A DNA stretch of 61,189 bases, the filler included, from Bipalium vagum (Eukaryota): the NCBI GenBank assembly GCA_037834085.1. It is 3 parts of 3 records of this genome, joined end to end, with 100 filler letters (N's around TTAATTAATTAA, not from the genome) between each part and the next. Parts side by side here need not be neighbours in the genome. Positions count along the whole stretch, not along the records: positions 1 to 25,264 come from JBBMKC010195830.1; 2 more parts are not named here. One strand, 5' to 3'. Positions 1 through 12,100 of this stretch are shown in pieces. Under the pieces are notes generated by a model. That model ran no database searches. It was given only the letters and a program-made list of their open reading frames with translations, and was not told where the DNA came from. The position numbers and the translations under genes are program-made. Position 1 is the stretch's first letter, and each line of letters opens with the position of its first letter.

Positions 1-539
1 TCTTTCCATATTTGTGTAGCAAACACTCTCCAAGTGTCCCTGTAGACCGCATCGATTGCACTTCACAGTAGGACATTTTTAATATCAGTAACTCGTACTA
101 TTTTGTAAATTATTGTATAAAATATTCTTATATATTTCTATTTATAGTAAATATTATAAAAGTTTTTAACTTACTTCTTTATTTAGTAACTTTATGTTAC
201 TAGTACATTTTTTCACTAAGATATAAGTATATTGTTTAAAATTTTTTTTTGACACTTGTAATTTTTGTGATAAAAGATAAAAAATTATATATTTTTGAAA
301 GTTGTTGATAACTATTAAAATTTACTAATTTCTAAATGGAAAACTTTTTTCTCACACTGAAACATAAATTTGTTTCATAACATAATTAATAATATTTCCT
401 TTACATATTAGCACTTTAAGTAGTCTGGCCTAAAATTTCTATTTAAATTAATAATAATTTATTATGGCTATTTATCTTCAAAACATCATTATGTATTCAG
501 TTGACCAATTCATATCTTAACTTTCGGTTATTAGTTATC

Positions 540-800
540 ATACGCAATGAAAAGTTTGTTTCAGAATATAGTTGAGATTTTTTGAAAACATAGGTTGGAC
601 AATTACCTTTCTTTATCTTCATTTTTGAATATCGCTTCTGCTTGTGAATCTTTAATTTGTATGTTTAATAGTTTTAATTGCATTCTTTTTCATATTCAAA
701 TTTAATGATATTTTTCTGTGCGATTCTCTCAATGAGCGTTTGTACATGACAATATTTCTTAATTCCTTTGAATACACACCTAAAATTCTTATTTAAAACT
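540..800 (-). mobile_element. Degenerate Tc1-like transposase N-terminal (HTH) fragment
   Basis: Minus strand translates VYSKELRNIVMYKRSLRESHRKISLNLNMKKNAIKTI, resembling the Tc1 paired-like HTH; interrupted by stops. Confidence 0.35.
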
Positions 801-1077
801 GTTATACTTAAAAATTTACCTACTGTCAGAATTTTTTTTTATATAAATCTACTAGGGTGTTACATAAGTATTTAAAAAGAACTTTCATCTTTAAAATACA
901 ATCCGATTTTTTTTATTTCACATCGTTTTCCCATAAATTTTCGATACTTGACTATTATCATTCTGGCGGGTTTAAGTTGAAGAATTTACTGACCCTAATT
1001 GTTGTCTTGTTACATAATTACTATTTTTCTATTCACAAGACCTTTTTACTTTTTGGACAGAACTTCATGCATTCTTT

Positions 1078-1278
1078 CTAGTTAGTCTGGAAAAGGTTTG
1101 CATCATTGGTGCGTTCATCTGGAACTAACTCAAAGTGAACGACAATGTATAAATTCCACCAGGCGCACATGACCTTTTGTTCAAAGCGTCCTTGTTTGAC
1201 CACGGGCTTCGGTGAGGCACCCATCGCCAACCACTGATTTGCTATGTCTGAATTACGGAAGAATATCCACTTATTCAA
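1078..1278 (-). mobile_element. Mariner transposase relic (catalytic-domain fragment)
   Basis: KWIFFRN..QWL..G..PKPVVKQGRFEQKVMCAWWN..VVHFELVPD matches mariner DEKW...KVMLCVWW...VHYELL region. Confidence 0.75.
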
Positions 1279-1744
1279 TTATTTAAACATTTTCATATTC
1301 TGTTTTTACAATATTTTTATAATTTCTTTGTTACTATAAAAATCTTCAATTTTTTACAAAATTATAAAAACTTTTCTTTATTTATATTTTTTGAAATAAT
1401 TTTGAATTTTAGATTTCGCTTTACTTTAGCGTATCGTTTTATCAGTTTAACTGACATTCAAATTTAAAGTCATTTTACCAATTTAGTTTTTCTTCATTAA
1501 TTCTTATTCAATAACTTCTTAGCCACCATGTTCAGTCTGAATAAGATAATTGCTATAATTCTAAGATAATTCAGATGCAGATAAATTTTTAATTTCATAT
1601 TTGATATTTCTACAGTTTTGAGATTACCAAAGTCTTTAATCTTTTTACCTTTCAAAAATTAATTATTAAATTATAATAAGAAAGATGTTTACTAGTGAAA
1701 GACTTAATTTCAATTCCAATTTTGATAATCAAAGTCAATTTAAT

Positions 1745-2100
1745 TTTGTGACCGAAGTTTCACTCTTGACCATTCAATTATGTTTATACTGTTTTTACTA
1801 AATGAAATAGATTTACAAGTAAAACAACAATATAATCTATCTAAAGAAGGATACAATGAGAAAGGAAATCGGATGAATTATTTCAATAGGTTCGTTTTTA
1901 AAATTAATGTGATTTTAAAAAATTACCACAAAGATCATCTTATAGAGTTTTTTATAAACCAAGGTTTTTTTAAAGTTAAATAACATCTGCAAAAAATTTT
2001 TAAGTCGACTAAAACTGAAATCATTGGATTATATTTTTTTGACCGAAATGACTATCAAGTCTCTTTTTTGACCGAGTCGGTCAAAATGAAAACATGGTCC
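1745..2100. repeat. Dispersed GACCGA(A) repeats with perfect palindrome; probable non-autonomous DNA transposon end
   Basis: tgaccgaa near 1749 and 2040; ttttgaccga-g-tcggtcaaaa at 2066-2086. Confidence 0.35.
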
Positions 2101-2332
2101 AAATCATTTACTGAACTAAAAACTTAATTAATTTAAAAGGTAACGAAAACTCTTCACATAGTATTTAACTCCTTTTTTTTAGAAATTTCTGTTGACAATA
2201 AATATAAAAAAATTTATTAATAAAATCTGTACATTCCAAAATTTTTCACAATTTCATATAATATTTATTTAAATCTGATAAAGAATGTGAGCGCTGCAGT
2301 GAAAGGATGAATAAAATGCGGAATATCAAAAC

Positions 2333-2862
2333 TCAGGTTTCATCAATCATTTTCTCAGGAAATAACGATTCAAATAAATAATTGGCCTCTTTCGTTTTGT
2401 CACTATCCTCGTTCATTGATGATCTTTTCCTTTCAACGGAATTGCTATTTTTTCTTGCTCTCTTATTCTGGAACCATGTTCTCACCTAAATAAAAATTTT
2501 TCGATTATTATTCAACTCATTACAAAAGTCACTCTTGATTTTTCTAAATTTAAAGTTTCCATTAAAATTTTCTCATCCTTTTCACTTAAATAAGGAACTT
2601 CTCGGAAGTAATTTTCCAAATACGTCTTTTGATATTTTGTGAACGGTATTCTTGGTTTTCTTAATTTGCGATTTTGTCCATTTTTAGTTATTTGACTGAT
2701 ATCAGTAAAATTGCTTGAATCGGAACCATTCGAAGAAAAAGAATTGTCTAATAAAATTGTCACATTTTACAATGCTACGTGTAATGTACCGTTATTATCA
2801 CTCTTGGTTCTACAAAAACTGGTTTCAGAATTCAATATTGTCTCTACAAAAAAATCTTTCAT
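2333..2862 (-). CDS. Divergent ANTP/NK-like homeobox protein (Msx-like N-arm), 146 aa; exons 2862-2790, 2747-2533, 2485-2333
   Basis: Spliced HD LRKPRIPFTKYQKTYLENYFREVPYLSEKDEKILMETLNLEKSR/VRTWFQNKRARKN; 47-nt GT-AG intron 2532-2486 at the classic HD codon 44/45 site; 42-nt GT-AG intron 2789-2748 removes an in-frame TAA and joins an N-terminal eh1-like motif MKDFFVETIL. Confidence 0.85.
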
Positions 2863-2935
2863 GTTATGAAATATAAGAATATAATATCAAGTCATTAATA
2901 AATATTAATATTTGTTCCATAATGATTTTAATGAA

Positions 2936-2957
2936 CCAATCAAAAAACCAATCAAAA
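2936..2957. promoter_or_regulatory. Tandem CCAAT boxes upstream of homeobox start
   Basis: ccaatcaaaaaaccaatcaaaa about 75-95 bp 5' of the ATG at 2862. Confidence 0.3.
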
Positions 2958-4379
2958 TCTGAATCATAAATTATGTAATTATATAATTGAATAAGTTAAA
3001 ATAAAATAAATTTAAAGATGTAATAATAATAATAATAATATATATGATAATTTATTCTTATTATTATAAAAAAATTAAAAGTTTATTACTGAATATGCTA
3101 AATTTCATAAATCAAATTTAAGTGATTTTGATTTTTTTCTTAATACCATATGATGTAATGATATTTAACTGATATTCTTTAATATATTCTTTAATTAATC
3201 CTTTACATAATTAGATTTAATAATTGCATATTGGAAAAAATTATTTCAGAGATTTAGAAGTTGATTATAAGTTAATTTAATCCTAATTAATCTTATAAAC
3301 CATCAATAAATAATAAATAATAAATCTCAGTATTCTCAACGTGTATTAATTATATAAAAATTCATTTTTGAAAACTAATTAAGAATATTTTTATATTATT
3401 TTTTGTGATTATTATTATTTTACTTCTATTTCTTCGTTTTTCACAAGATAATAAGTAATAGTTTGCTAAAAAAATTTTTTAAAAATTTATTAATTATCTA
3501 AAATTATATTGATTGTGTTATCTCATTTTTATTTTGAAAACTTGGAATAAATTTAAAAATGAATCAGCTAACTTTTCATTTTCGTGATTTTTTAAGTAAT
3601 ATCTTTTCATAATTAACCAAAGAGAAATGACAAATATTTTTTAAAAATACTTAAAGCAATCACTAGTTTCACCTGTTATTATAAAAATGATTTTTCACGG
3701 ATTTCTGTTTTTCAATAATTATATTTGATAACTTTAATCTGATTTTTTTGTTAAGTAAATTATGAAAATAAGCAATTCCCTTTTTCAAGTTTTAAAGGAC
3801 TTTAAAAATATTTATTATCTCAATGAATATATAATAATTATTATGTTAAATAATTGTGAATTGACTCATAGAACCCGTTTTTAGTTTTACCATTTTACTT
3901 TAATTTTTAAATAAATAAAATCCATAATTAATGAAAAAGTGATAACCAAAACAGTTATTATCATATTTCTATCTGGACACTGGATCAAAATTAACAGAGG
4001 TATTATTTGAAATTAACTGAAACTATTATTGTTTAAGTGATTGTTTCATTAAGCAAAATAATCATGGGTCTTGAAAGCAAAAAGTAATAAAAAAGTTCTA
4101 AATCAGTAACTTAAAACTTAATTTTTAAAATAATTTTTGATAAACTATTTAAATATTAAAAATTTATAATTTTAATCTGAAAATATACATATCCCATGAT
4201 TTAAAAAAATGTCCAAATTTCACTATATCCAAGACAAAAGAATTATTTATTGTTATTAACTCAAAAATCATGGAAGTCCAGAAAGTAGTAGGAATATTTA
4301 TCAACAAGGTATCGATAAGTTAAAATATATTAATGAATGAGAAAAAGTAAAATAAAAAAAGAAATACACAATCATCAAT

Positions 4380-4935
4380 AAATGAAAAAAGAGTTCCTGA
4401 GCCGTCAGTTGAGCACAATGAGTTTTTATATGTGGTACCAAAAATTCAAGGTTTTTTTTGAATAACCAAGATTTTTCAAGCGATCAGCAATGATTGTTCT
4501 TGATAAATTAACTATCTTATCAACTTTTGATCAATGAGGGTCTTTAATTCATTCTCAATAATGTTTTTTGGCTTCTTATTGAAAGAAAAAATTACTTCAT
4601 CGAAATTTTGAAACATTTCTGACATGTTCGTAGCTATATTATATCTTTGCTCTAAACAGAAGATATCTTTTAATTTGTGTTTGTAGCTGTGTTTTCTTTA
4701 TTGAAGTAATATAATAAAACATGGGATATGCTCATATTCATTATCCATTTTTGAAATGCTACTATATATATAAATATCTTTTAATCGATTAAGTTAAATT
4801 TTTAATGTCAGATGCATAATATTTAAGTTTTTAAGCCATATATAAGTTATATATTTTTCTATTGTTTAATTGAAAGAAAATCTAAGAAAACCGATTCCTA
4901 TGAAAAAACGCAAGAACTTTCCGGTCAACCCAATA
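4380..4935 (+). mobile_element. Degenerate mariner element with 3' TIR
   Basis: WYQKFK-like remnant near 4432; TIR aaaaaacgcaagaactttccggtcaacccaata at 4903-4935. Confidence 0.5.
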
Positions 4936-6145
4936 TTATTATGATGAAAATGTCATTTTTATCTGCCCAAAAATATGATACTCCAATCGACAGGGAAAAT
5001 TTGGAATACTTATCTGTTTTATGATAAGTGTGAAACATGAAAACATCATATGGTTAGAAATAGAATTGAAATCATTATGGATTTTAAAAAGAAAACTTTA
5101 CTCTTTTAATTCGATGAATAAAGCATAAAACAGATTATAAATATTGAAAAAATTAAAAAGAATATTAGTTTTTAATATTTTTTTTAAATACTCTAAAACA
5201 TGAAATAATTTCTCCCGGTTTGATAAAGCCTCATCGTGTTTAGGCAAATATTCTTGATATTCAATTAATTATAAGAAATATTATAAAAGTTAAATTTCAC
5301 TACAATAACTTTATTAACAAAAAATATATTATTTATACTATATTTCTGAACAATTCGATTCAGAGTTAACAGTTAAATATTAAATTATGTCTAATCGTTA
5401 AGAAAGATGACTTTTTTTTCTCCCGTGATTTTTCTTGATCCATTTCAAGATGTCACATCCTAACTATTTATTCAGAGTAAAATTTGATCTAACTACTCTG
5501 ATGATAACTTTCTTTTTCATCCAGGACACAAAGGTTGTTAGATATTGAAGGTGCTATCATTTTTCATTATTTGACCATCCTTTATGTATCTAACGGTCGA
5601 TCATGATTTTTTCGTTTTCGGAATGGCTTGTTTATTTTTTAGTCATGTATAGATTGTATTTTGCATGATTTTTTATATATCATCTAAAAAGTTAAGACAG
5701 TAAATAAGTGAAAAAATAAATAATTCAATAACTAAATATTTCATTTTTCCATATTTTTGAATATTGGCGTTTATTTAAAATTTTTATAAATTAATAAAGA
5801 TTCCACGGTCTGTTTCTATTGCTAGAAAAATTAAGGAACGTGGAAATTTTTAGAATATTTAACAAAAGTGCGATATTTTTCTCTTTATTAGACGAGTTAA
5901 CTGGAAAATAATTTAAGATTAAAAGTATTAAAATAAAAAAATTTTAATGAGTTATTTATTAATTTCTGAATAAAATTTAAAACTGTTTGATTTTAATGCT
6001 AGAAAATTCAATTGAACATTAAAAATTCCTAATTTTATATATTTCTATTACAAAATAATTCTAAAATAATTTTAGAATCTTTATTCAAACAATCTTTACA
6101 AATTGGCAAATATTTAAATTTCGGAATTTTAGTTTTGATATACGA

Positions 6146-9100
6146 ATGTCAGAATACTATCTCGATACAAACTGGGGGCCTATTTTATTACCTTTAGTTG
6201 CTCGAGGAAGTGCTATCAATTGTGAAATCTGTAGATTGTCGGATTACATTCCAGCTGAATATAAATCTGGTTCATTAAAAAATGAATATTCAGAAATTTT
6301 GTGTGATTTTTCTTACTTTAGCATTTCGGAATCATTTGAACATAAAATCGATTCCAGGCCGGTTTGTAATACTTTATTATTTTAATTTGAAGTGAATATT
6401 TTTTAGGAATTACAAGATTTAGATGAGAAATTTAGAGAAAATCATATGGAATTGATAGATCGATTTTATAGATTATTTGAGAGCATTTATAAATATGTTA
6501 GTGATCTTAATCAGTTTAGTAGTTTTATTTAGTATTTTTGAAAGTATTTTTTTCTCTTTTTAATATTTAGATTTCTTTTGAGCTTGGAAGATGGTCATTT
6601 CGTTCAGCATGATTTAGTATCAGTGATGCAGGATGAGGATGGTAAACAGTTAATGGTATTTTCATATTTTAATTTCGTAATTTAATAAAATCGTTACGAT
6701 CATAATGTTTATTTTTTATTGATTTTTATTATTATGAATTTTTTAACTATCAGCTAATTGTTCTTATTGAAAATTTTTCGTATTTTATAAAAACAATTGA
6801 AAATTCTATTTAATTAAATATTAATGTATTATTTTAAAATAAAATAAGGATAAAAGTATAAGAAGAACAATAAAATGCTTGACAATAATCTGTATTGAAA
6901 TCAATTAAAAGATTAAGACATGCAATTGAAAAAATCTAGAGAAAATTTGATAAACGGGAATATTGTTGTGTTCCAGTACAGACCAAATATATTTTTGAAT
7001 TTCTGGCCAATATTGAATGTGTTTGGCTGAGAGGTAATGATGCATCCAGATAACATATGGCAACATATGTTATCATTTCGATCTCTGTAGAACTTATTTG
7101 GATGAACTGCAGTTCTATACAGGAAAAATTTGGAAATTTTTTGCCATAATTTTTAGTCAGAAATCCGAGAAATTTTTCTGGGATTAAATTATGTCTTCCT
7201 GATATCGAGAAAATAAATAAATATGGTTTAAATAAATATCTTAATTTTACTTTCTATTCCATTATCATGTTTATAAAATACAACCTTTTCCACCACTCAA
7301 ATCAAATTTTTTGGAAATTATTTTTATTCAATTCATTTTGTTCCTCGATTTAAGTTTTTATTTTTTCCTGTATTAAGAATTGAATCTGCTTTACTTTGTT
7401 TTGTGAGTTGTGAAACTACAATTATATTGATTATAAAAATTTCCTTAGTGCGAAGCCCTATATTTATATGGAGTCATGCTATTGCTGATTGAGCAGAAAA
7501 TAGAAGGAACAATCAGAGAAAAATTATTGGTATCCTATCATCGATACAGGTTGGTTTTCGTTTGACTTTTAACCTTGGTCAGTACTGTCAAAACTCAGTT
7601 CTAAGCAATCAAATTTGGATTCCAACACCGATGAAGTAATCAAATTGCTGCGAAGCACCGGATACAATCTCCATTCATCAAGTAGCAAACGACCTCTCGA
7701 TTACCCTGAGAAACTTTTCAAGTGATATTTTTCATTGAACTTTTATTTTTATTTGCATTGCCATTTTATCTTGACCAGGATGCATAATATATAATCATTT
7801 CAACTATAAAGCAAAAATCTTAGTAATAAAATAACTTGTAAATGAGAATGGAAATTAAATATTAATAAATTTTCTATAATTCTTCACTCCTGTATAATTC
7901 TTGCAATAGACGTAATTGGAACTCGTTACACAATATCTGCCACATTAAAATCAGTAATTACTAAAACACATTCAAAGTTTTCAATTCTTTTCTAAAATTG
8001 AATTGGAATGAATATTTCGATATTATACCAAACATTAGCAGAACGTTGATTTGTATCGTTACCAAAATTATGCTTTGTATGCAAATAAGAGACCTTCACT
8101 ACTACTTTGTCTCTCAATTTCCGCTGAACTTGCTCCACACAGATTCTACAAGAATTTTTTAATATTGTGAAATAATTTTTGACACTTAATTTAAATTTCT
8201 TAAATTAAATTCAATCTTTCTAAAATTTCCTTATGATTAGTCGAATTTCAATCAATGCCAAATATGTCGCTATGGTTCTGGATAAATTGAGATCTGATGA
8301 TTTCTACCACCAAACATTGGCATATCCTCTTCCGGAACACAGAAGTGTTGCCAGAGCGACCCAGGCAAATATGATATATGTTTGTTTGTATTTTGCTCCA
8401 AATTATTTGCACAATCAGCAAGCTATAATGAGAGAAATTGTTGACAAGCACTTTTCCGATAATTGGGTGCTTGGCGGTTACCTAGGTCATATTATCAATC
8501 TCGTCGATGATTGGGCCCCTTATAAATCAGCAAACATAGCATTGACAAATACAATTGAGGTAAGCGCTTCTTCATAAACTCAGGACAATAAGGTCAAAAG
8601 TTTAACGAATAATTATTGTCTTTTCAGACAAGCAATGTTCGACTTTTAGTCCAAGGTCATTGTCATTCTATGAAAAAATTAATACCGAATATTGAAAACA
8701 TCTTGAAAGAAGGAGTATTAGTTGAGGAATTTGTTCTGGATAAAATTGCAAAGCTAATGGACAAGATTAGAGAATGCAATGTTACCATTCGCTGGTTGAT
8801 GCTACATTCTAGTGAGTTGTCTGTCAGTGCAAAGAATAGCAAGAAATGTGTTGCATTGCGAGACGCGGTCGTTAACTCGATCGATTATAACGAAGAATCT
8901 ATATTTAATTTACTTGTTCTTACTTCCCAATTTGAATTGAAACTCGGGGAGATGTTTCGATCAATCATTGAAAATAAAGAAACCAGTTGGAATCAAATAA
9001 AATTGGAAGGCGTTGATCGAATGAAAGAGCTGGCCGAGGTGTTTTCTGGCACAAAAGCCCTGGCCAGAGTGTCAAAAAATGATAAATTGCAGACCTGGTT

Positions 9101-12100
9101 TGAAAAATTGGCCAAACAAATCGAAAACCTTTCGTTTCAGAACTCAACCTTTGCCGGAAGAACACTGGACCAACTGATTCAAGCTTTGCATGAAGTGCTG
9201 GAATTTCATCAGTTGGATTCCAACTTGATGGTGAAGCAATTTATCAATGACACTTGTGCCAGTTTGAAACAGATGATGCGGCTTCTCAATCTCCAGGAAC
9301 GAGTGCTGGTCAATTTAAGCATTTGTTCAGATATCAGTTACGGTCTCAACATAATAGATCGTTATACGGGTTATATGCAATCCGGTATCACAAAGGATCC
9401 GTTTTTAGTCATTAAATTGCGAGCTGTATTTTTGAAATTGGCTTCCAGCCACGACATTCCATTGATACGATTGAATCAATGTTCCAGTGGAGATTTGATC
9501 AGTGTTACTCAATACTATTCATCGGAATTGGTTCAATATGTTCGAAAAGTTCTTCAAATCATTCCTCAAACCATGTTTAAAAAGTTGGCAAAAATTATCG
9601 ATTTACAAACCAATGACATTAAAGAACTGCCAACAAGACTGGATAAAGACAAAGTGAAAAATTTCTTGTTCTTTGAACAGAGAGGTGAAATAGCAAAGCT
9701 AACGCATGATATATCCGTTTTCACCCAAGGCATCTTGATGATGAAAACCACATTGGTTGGTATCATTGAGGTTAGTTTTTTAATGTTTCATATGATAAGG
9801 ATTTTTTTAAAAAGTTTTTTTTATCATACTTGGTTTACAATTTCAAATTGTCGAATTCTAGAATGCAAAACCGGTTATTTTAAGAAAATTAAACAAAATT
9901 TCTTATTAAAAATATTTTCCATCTTTCTCTACAACTTTCGCCCATTTATCTGTTAGTTTTTGAATATCGTCAAAAACCTTTTCTTGTTTCAATACAATCA
10001 ACTCTTTAATCCAATTTCAAAACTTCCTTGAAGTTTTGGAAGCGCTGTTCATAGAGATAATGCGCCATGAATCTAAATGAGTAATAATCAGATGGAGCAA
10101 CATCTGGAAAATAACCCAAGTACATCTCACGTTTCCTTTATCGGTTTTGAAACATGAGGCCAAGTGTTAAAATATAAAAAAATCGATTTTTCACATGACT
10201 TTGAACACACTGGCCGTGTTTCTTTCATTGTACCACTTAACTTAAGCAATTGCTGTTAACTGTCATCAGTAATCATCTGGGCATGTTGTACTACAACACA
10301 TCTTTCTGGTTCCATTATATGAGCAGTAATGCTTTTTTGCCATGAATAATGTATTTTGTAATCCATGACGGTTGACCTTGGTGGATGACTCATTATTTTC
10401 CATTCCAAGGTTCTGAGTTTCTCTCTTTGCAACATGAGGACGGTTGTTATCTTGAGGACAGAGAACTCTTCTGTTAACCAAAGCGTATCGTTTTTCAGCA
10501 AGAGCCTGATTCAAACGATCAAGTTGATTACAATAGACTTCTCTATTAATGATTTGGTTGGAATTCATTAATTCGTTTTAAATTATTCCATCTGTATCCC
10601 ACCATACACTTAATAAAACTTTTCTTGAATGAAGACCTGTTTTTGGCTGGGCGATTCCAGTTTCCTCGGGACTGTGCAGTTGCCTTTTAACATTGTTGTA
10701 AAATATCAAATTTTCATCCCCGGCAACAATCTGATTCAAAAAAGGCTCTAACTTTAGCCGAGAAAAAAGATTTTTGCACACAGTAATTTGTTGATTTCGG
10801 TTATTTTCCGACAAATCGTGTGGTCCCCTTTGACTGAGTCTGGAAACCTTGTAATTCTTTTTAGGTGCCGATGAATAGTGGATTTAGTTGAATTAAGCAC
10901 CTAATATTTTTAAAAATCCAAATTGTGTTTTGAAAAAATTCTACATTTAGTTTTATTGAAATTAATTAATGTTACCATAAATTAATTAATCATTCATTTT
11001 CTTGTATAACGGAAGTAATCATTTTGTGCAACTAATGTAAATCTCACATGATGATTTATGTCATACGATCGATTAAGTTCATGTTTCACATTACACTAAT
11101 TGTCATCGATTTTAAATGTAACATAACATTTTTATAAGTAACTTTACGTTTTCATTATCGAAAATAATATTTTTAATTTTTTCTTAAACTTGTTTATCAT
11201 TTGCATTTTTTGATATATTGATTTTTTTCAATTTACCTTGAAAATGTTTTCTGTCATTTAAAATAGCTTGATCCTCACAAATTACTAGAAGACGGAATTC
11301 GCAAAGAGCTCATCATACATGTATCGAAAGCTTTTGATTCAAGATTGGTTTTCAGCCAGAAATCACGAGTAATATCTTTACTGGTTTCATTCATATGATT
11401 ATTATTAATTTCTTATAAGATATCGGAGCTTGATTTAAAATTAGACGACTTAAGCAATAAAATGGATGGATTTCGCAGATCTTTTGAATACATCCAAGAC
11501 TATGTCAATATTTACGGATTGAAAATTTGGCGTGAAGAGGTGTCGAGAATTATCAATTTCAACGTGGAAAAGGAGTGCAATGTGTTCATGAGGAAAAAGG
11601 TTTTTGGCATTTTTTGAAAATCATAAGTAGTATATCTCGTGATTACTTGAATCAAAATTTTTGTAATTTTCAGATATTGTTAATAATATTAACAATAATA
11701 ATAATATATATAAAATCAATATTCGGATCGATAACTCGTTTTTGTCCACAAATAATTTTCTGAGTTTATGACATTGTTTACTGCATCAATATTTATCATC
11801 GATTTTTAATATTCCAAGTAAATTCTAAAATAATGTTTAATGTCATGTTCAAATTCTTAAGGCGTTTTAATTCCACAAGCAAAAAAGCTTCGTGATTTCT
11901 TTCCAAGTAAATAATTTGAAAATATTCTGAAACATTGATTGTTCCTCGCTAAGTATAAAATTCTATCAATAAGAGGCCTGATAATCATGTTTTGTCTATC
12001 CAATTTCAGAATTTAGATCTGGTATGCCTCTTCTGTTCAAAAAGACGATATATATTAAAAAAACATAAGTGCCGCAAAAACTGGATTACACCCAAAGAAA

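Noticed and set aside
2768-2772. In-frame TAA in the homeobox gene as evidence of stop-codon reassignment or readthrough
   Set aside because: Explained by a 42-nt intron; WASHC5 and the GPCR have no internal stops and end in TAA
8248-9766. Minus-strand ORFs 8248-8451, 8965-9165 and 9566-9766
   Set aside because: Antisense shadows of WASHC5 coding exons
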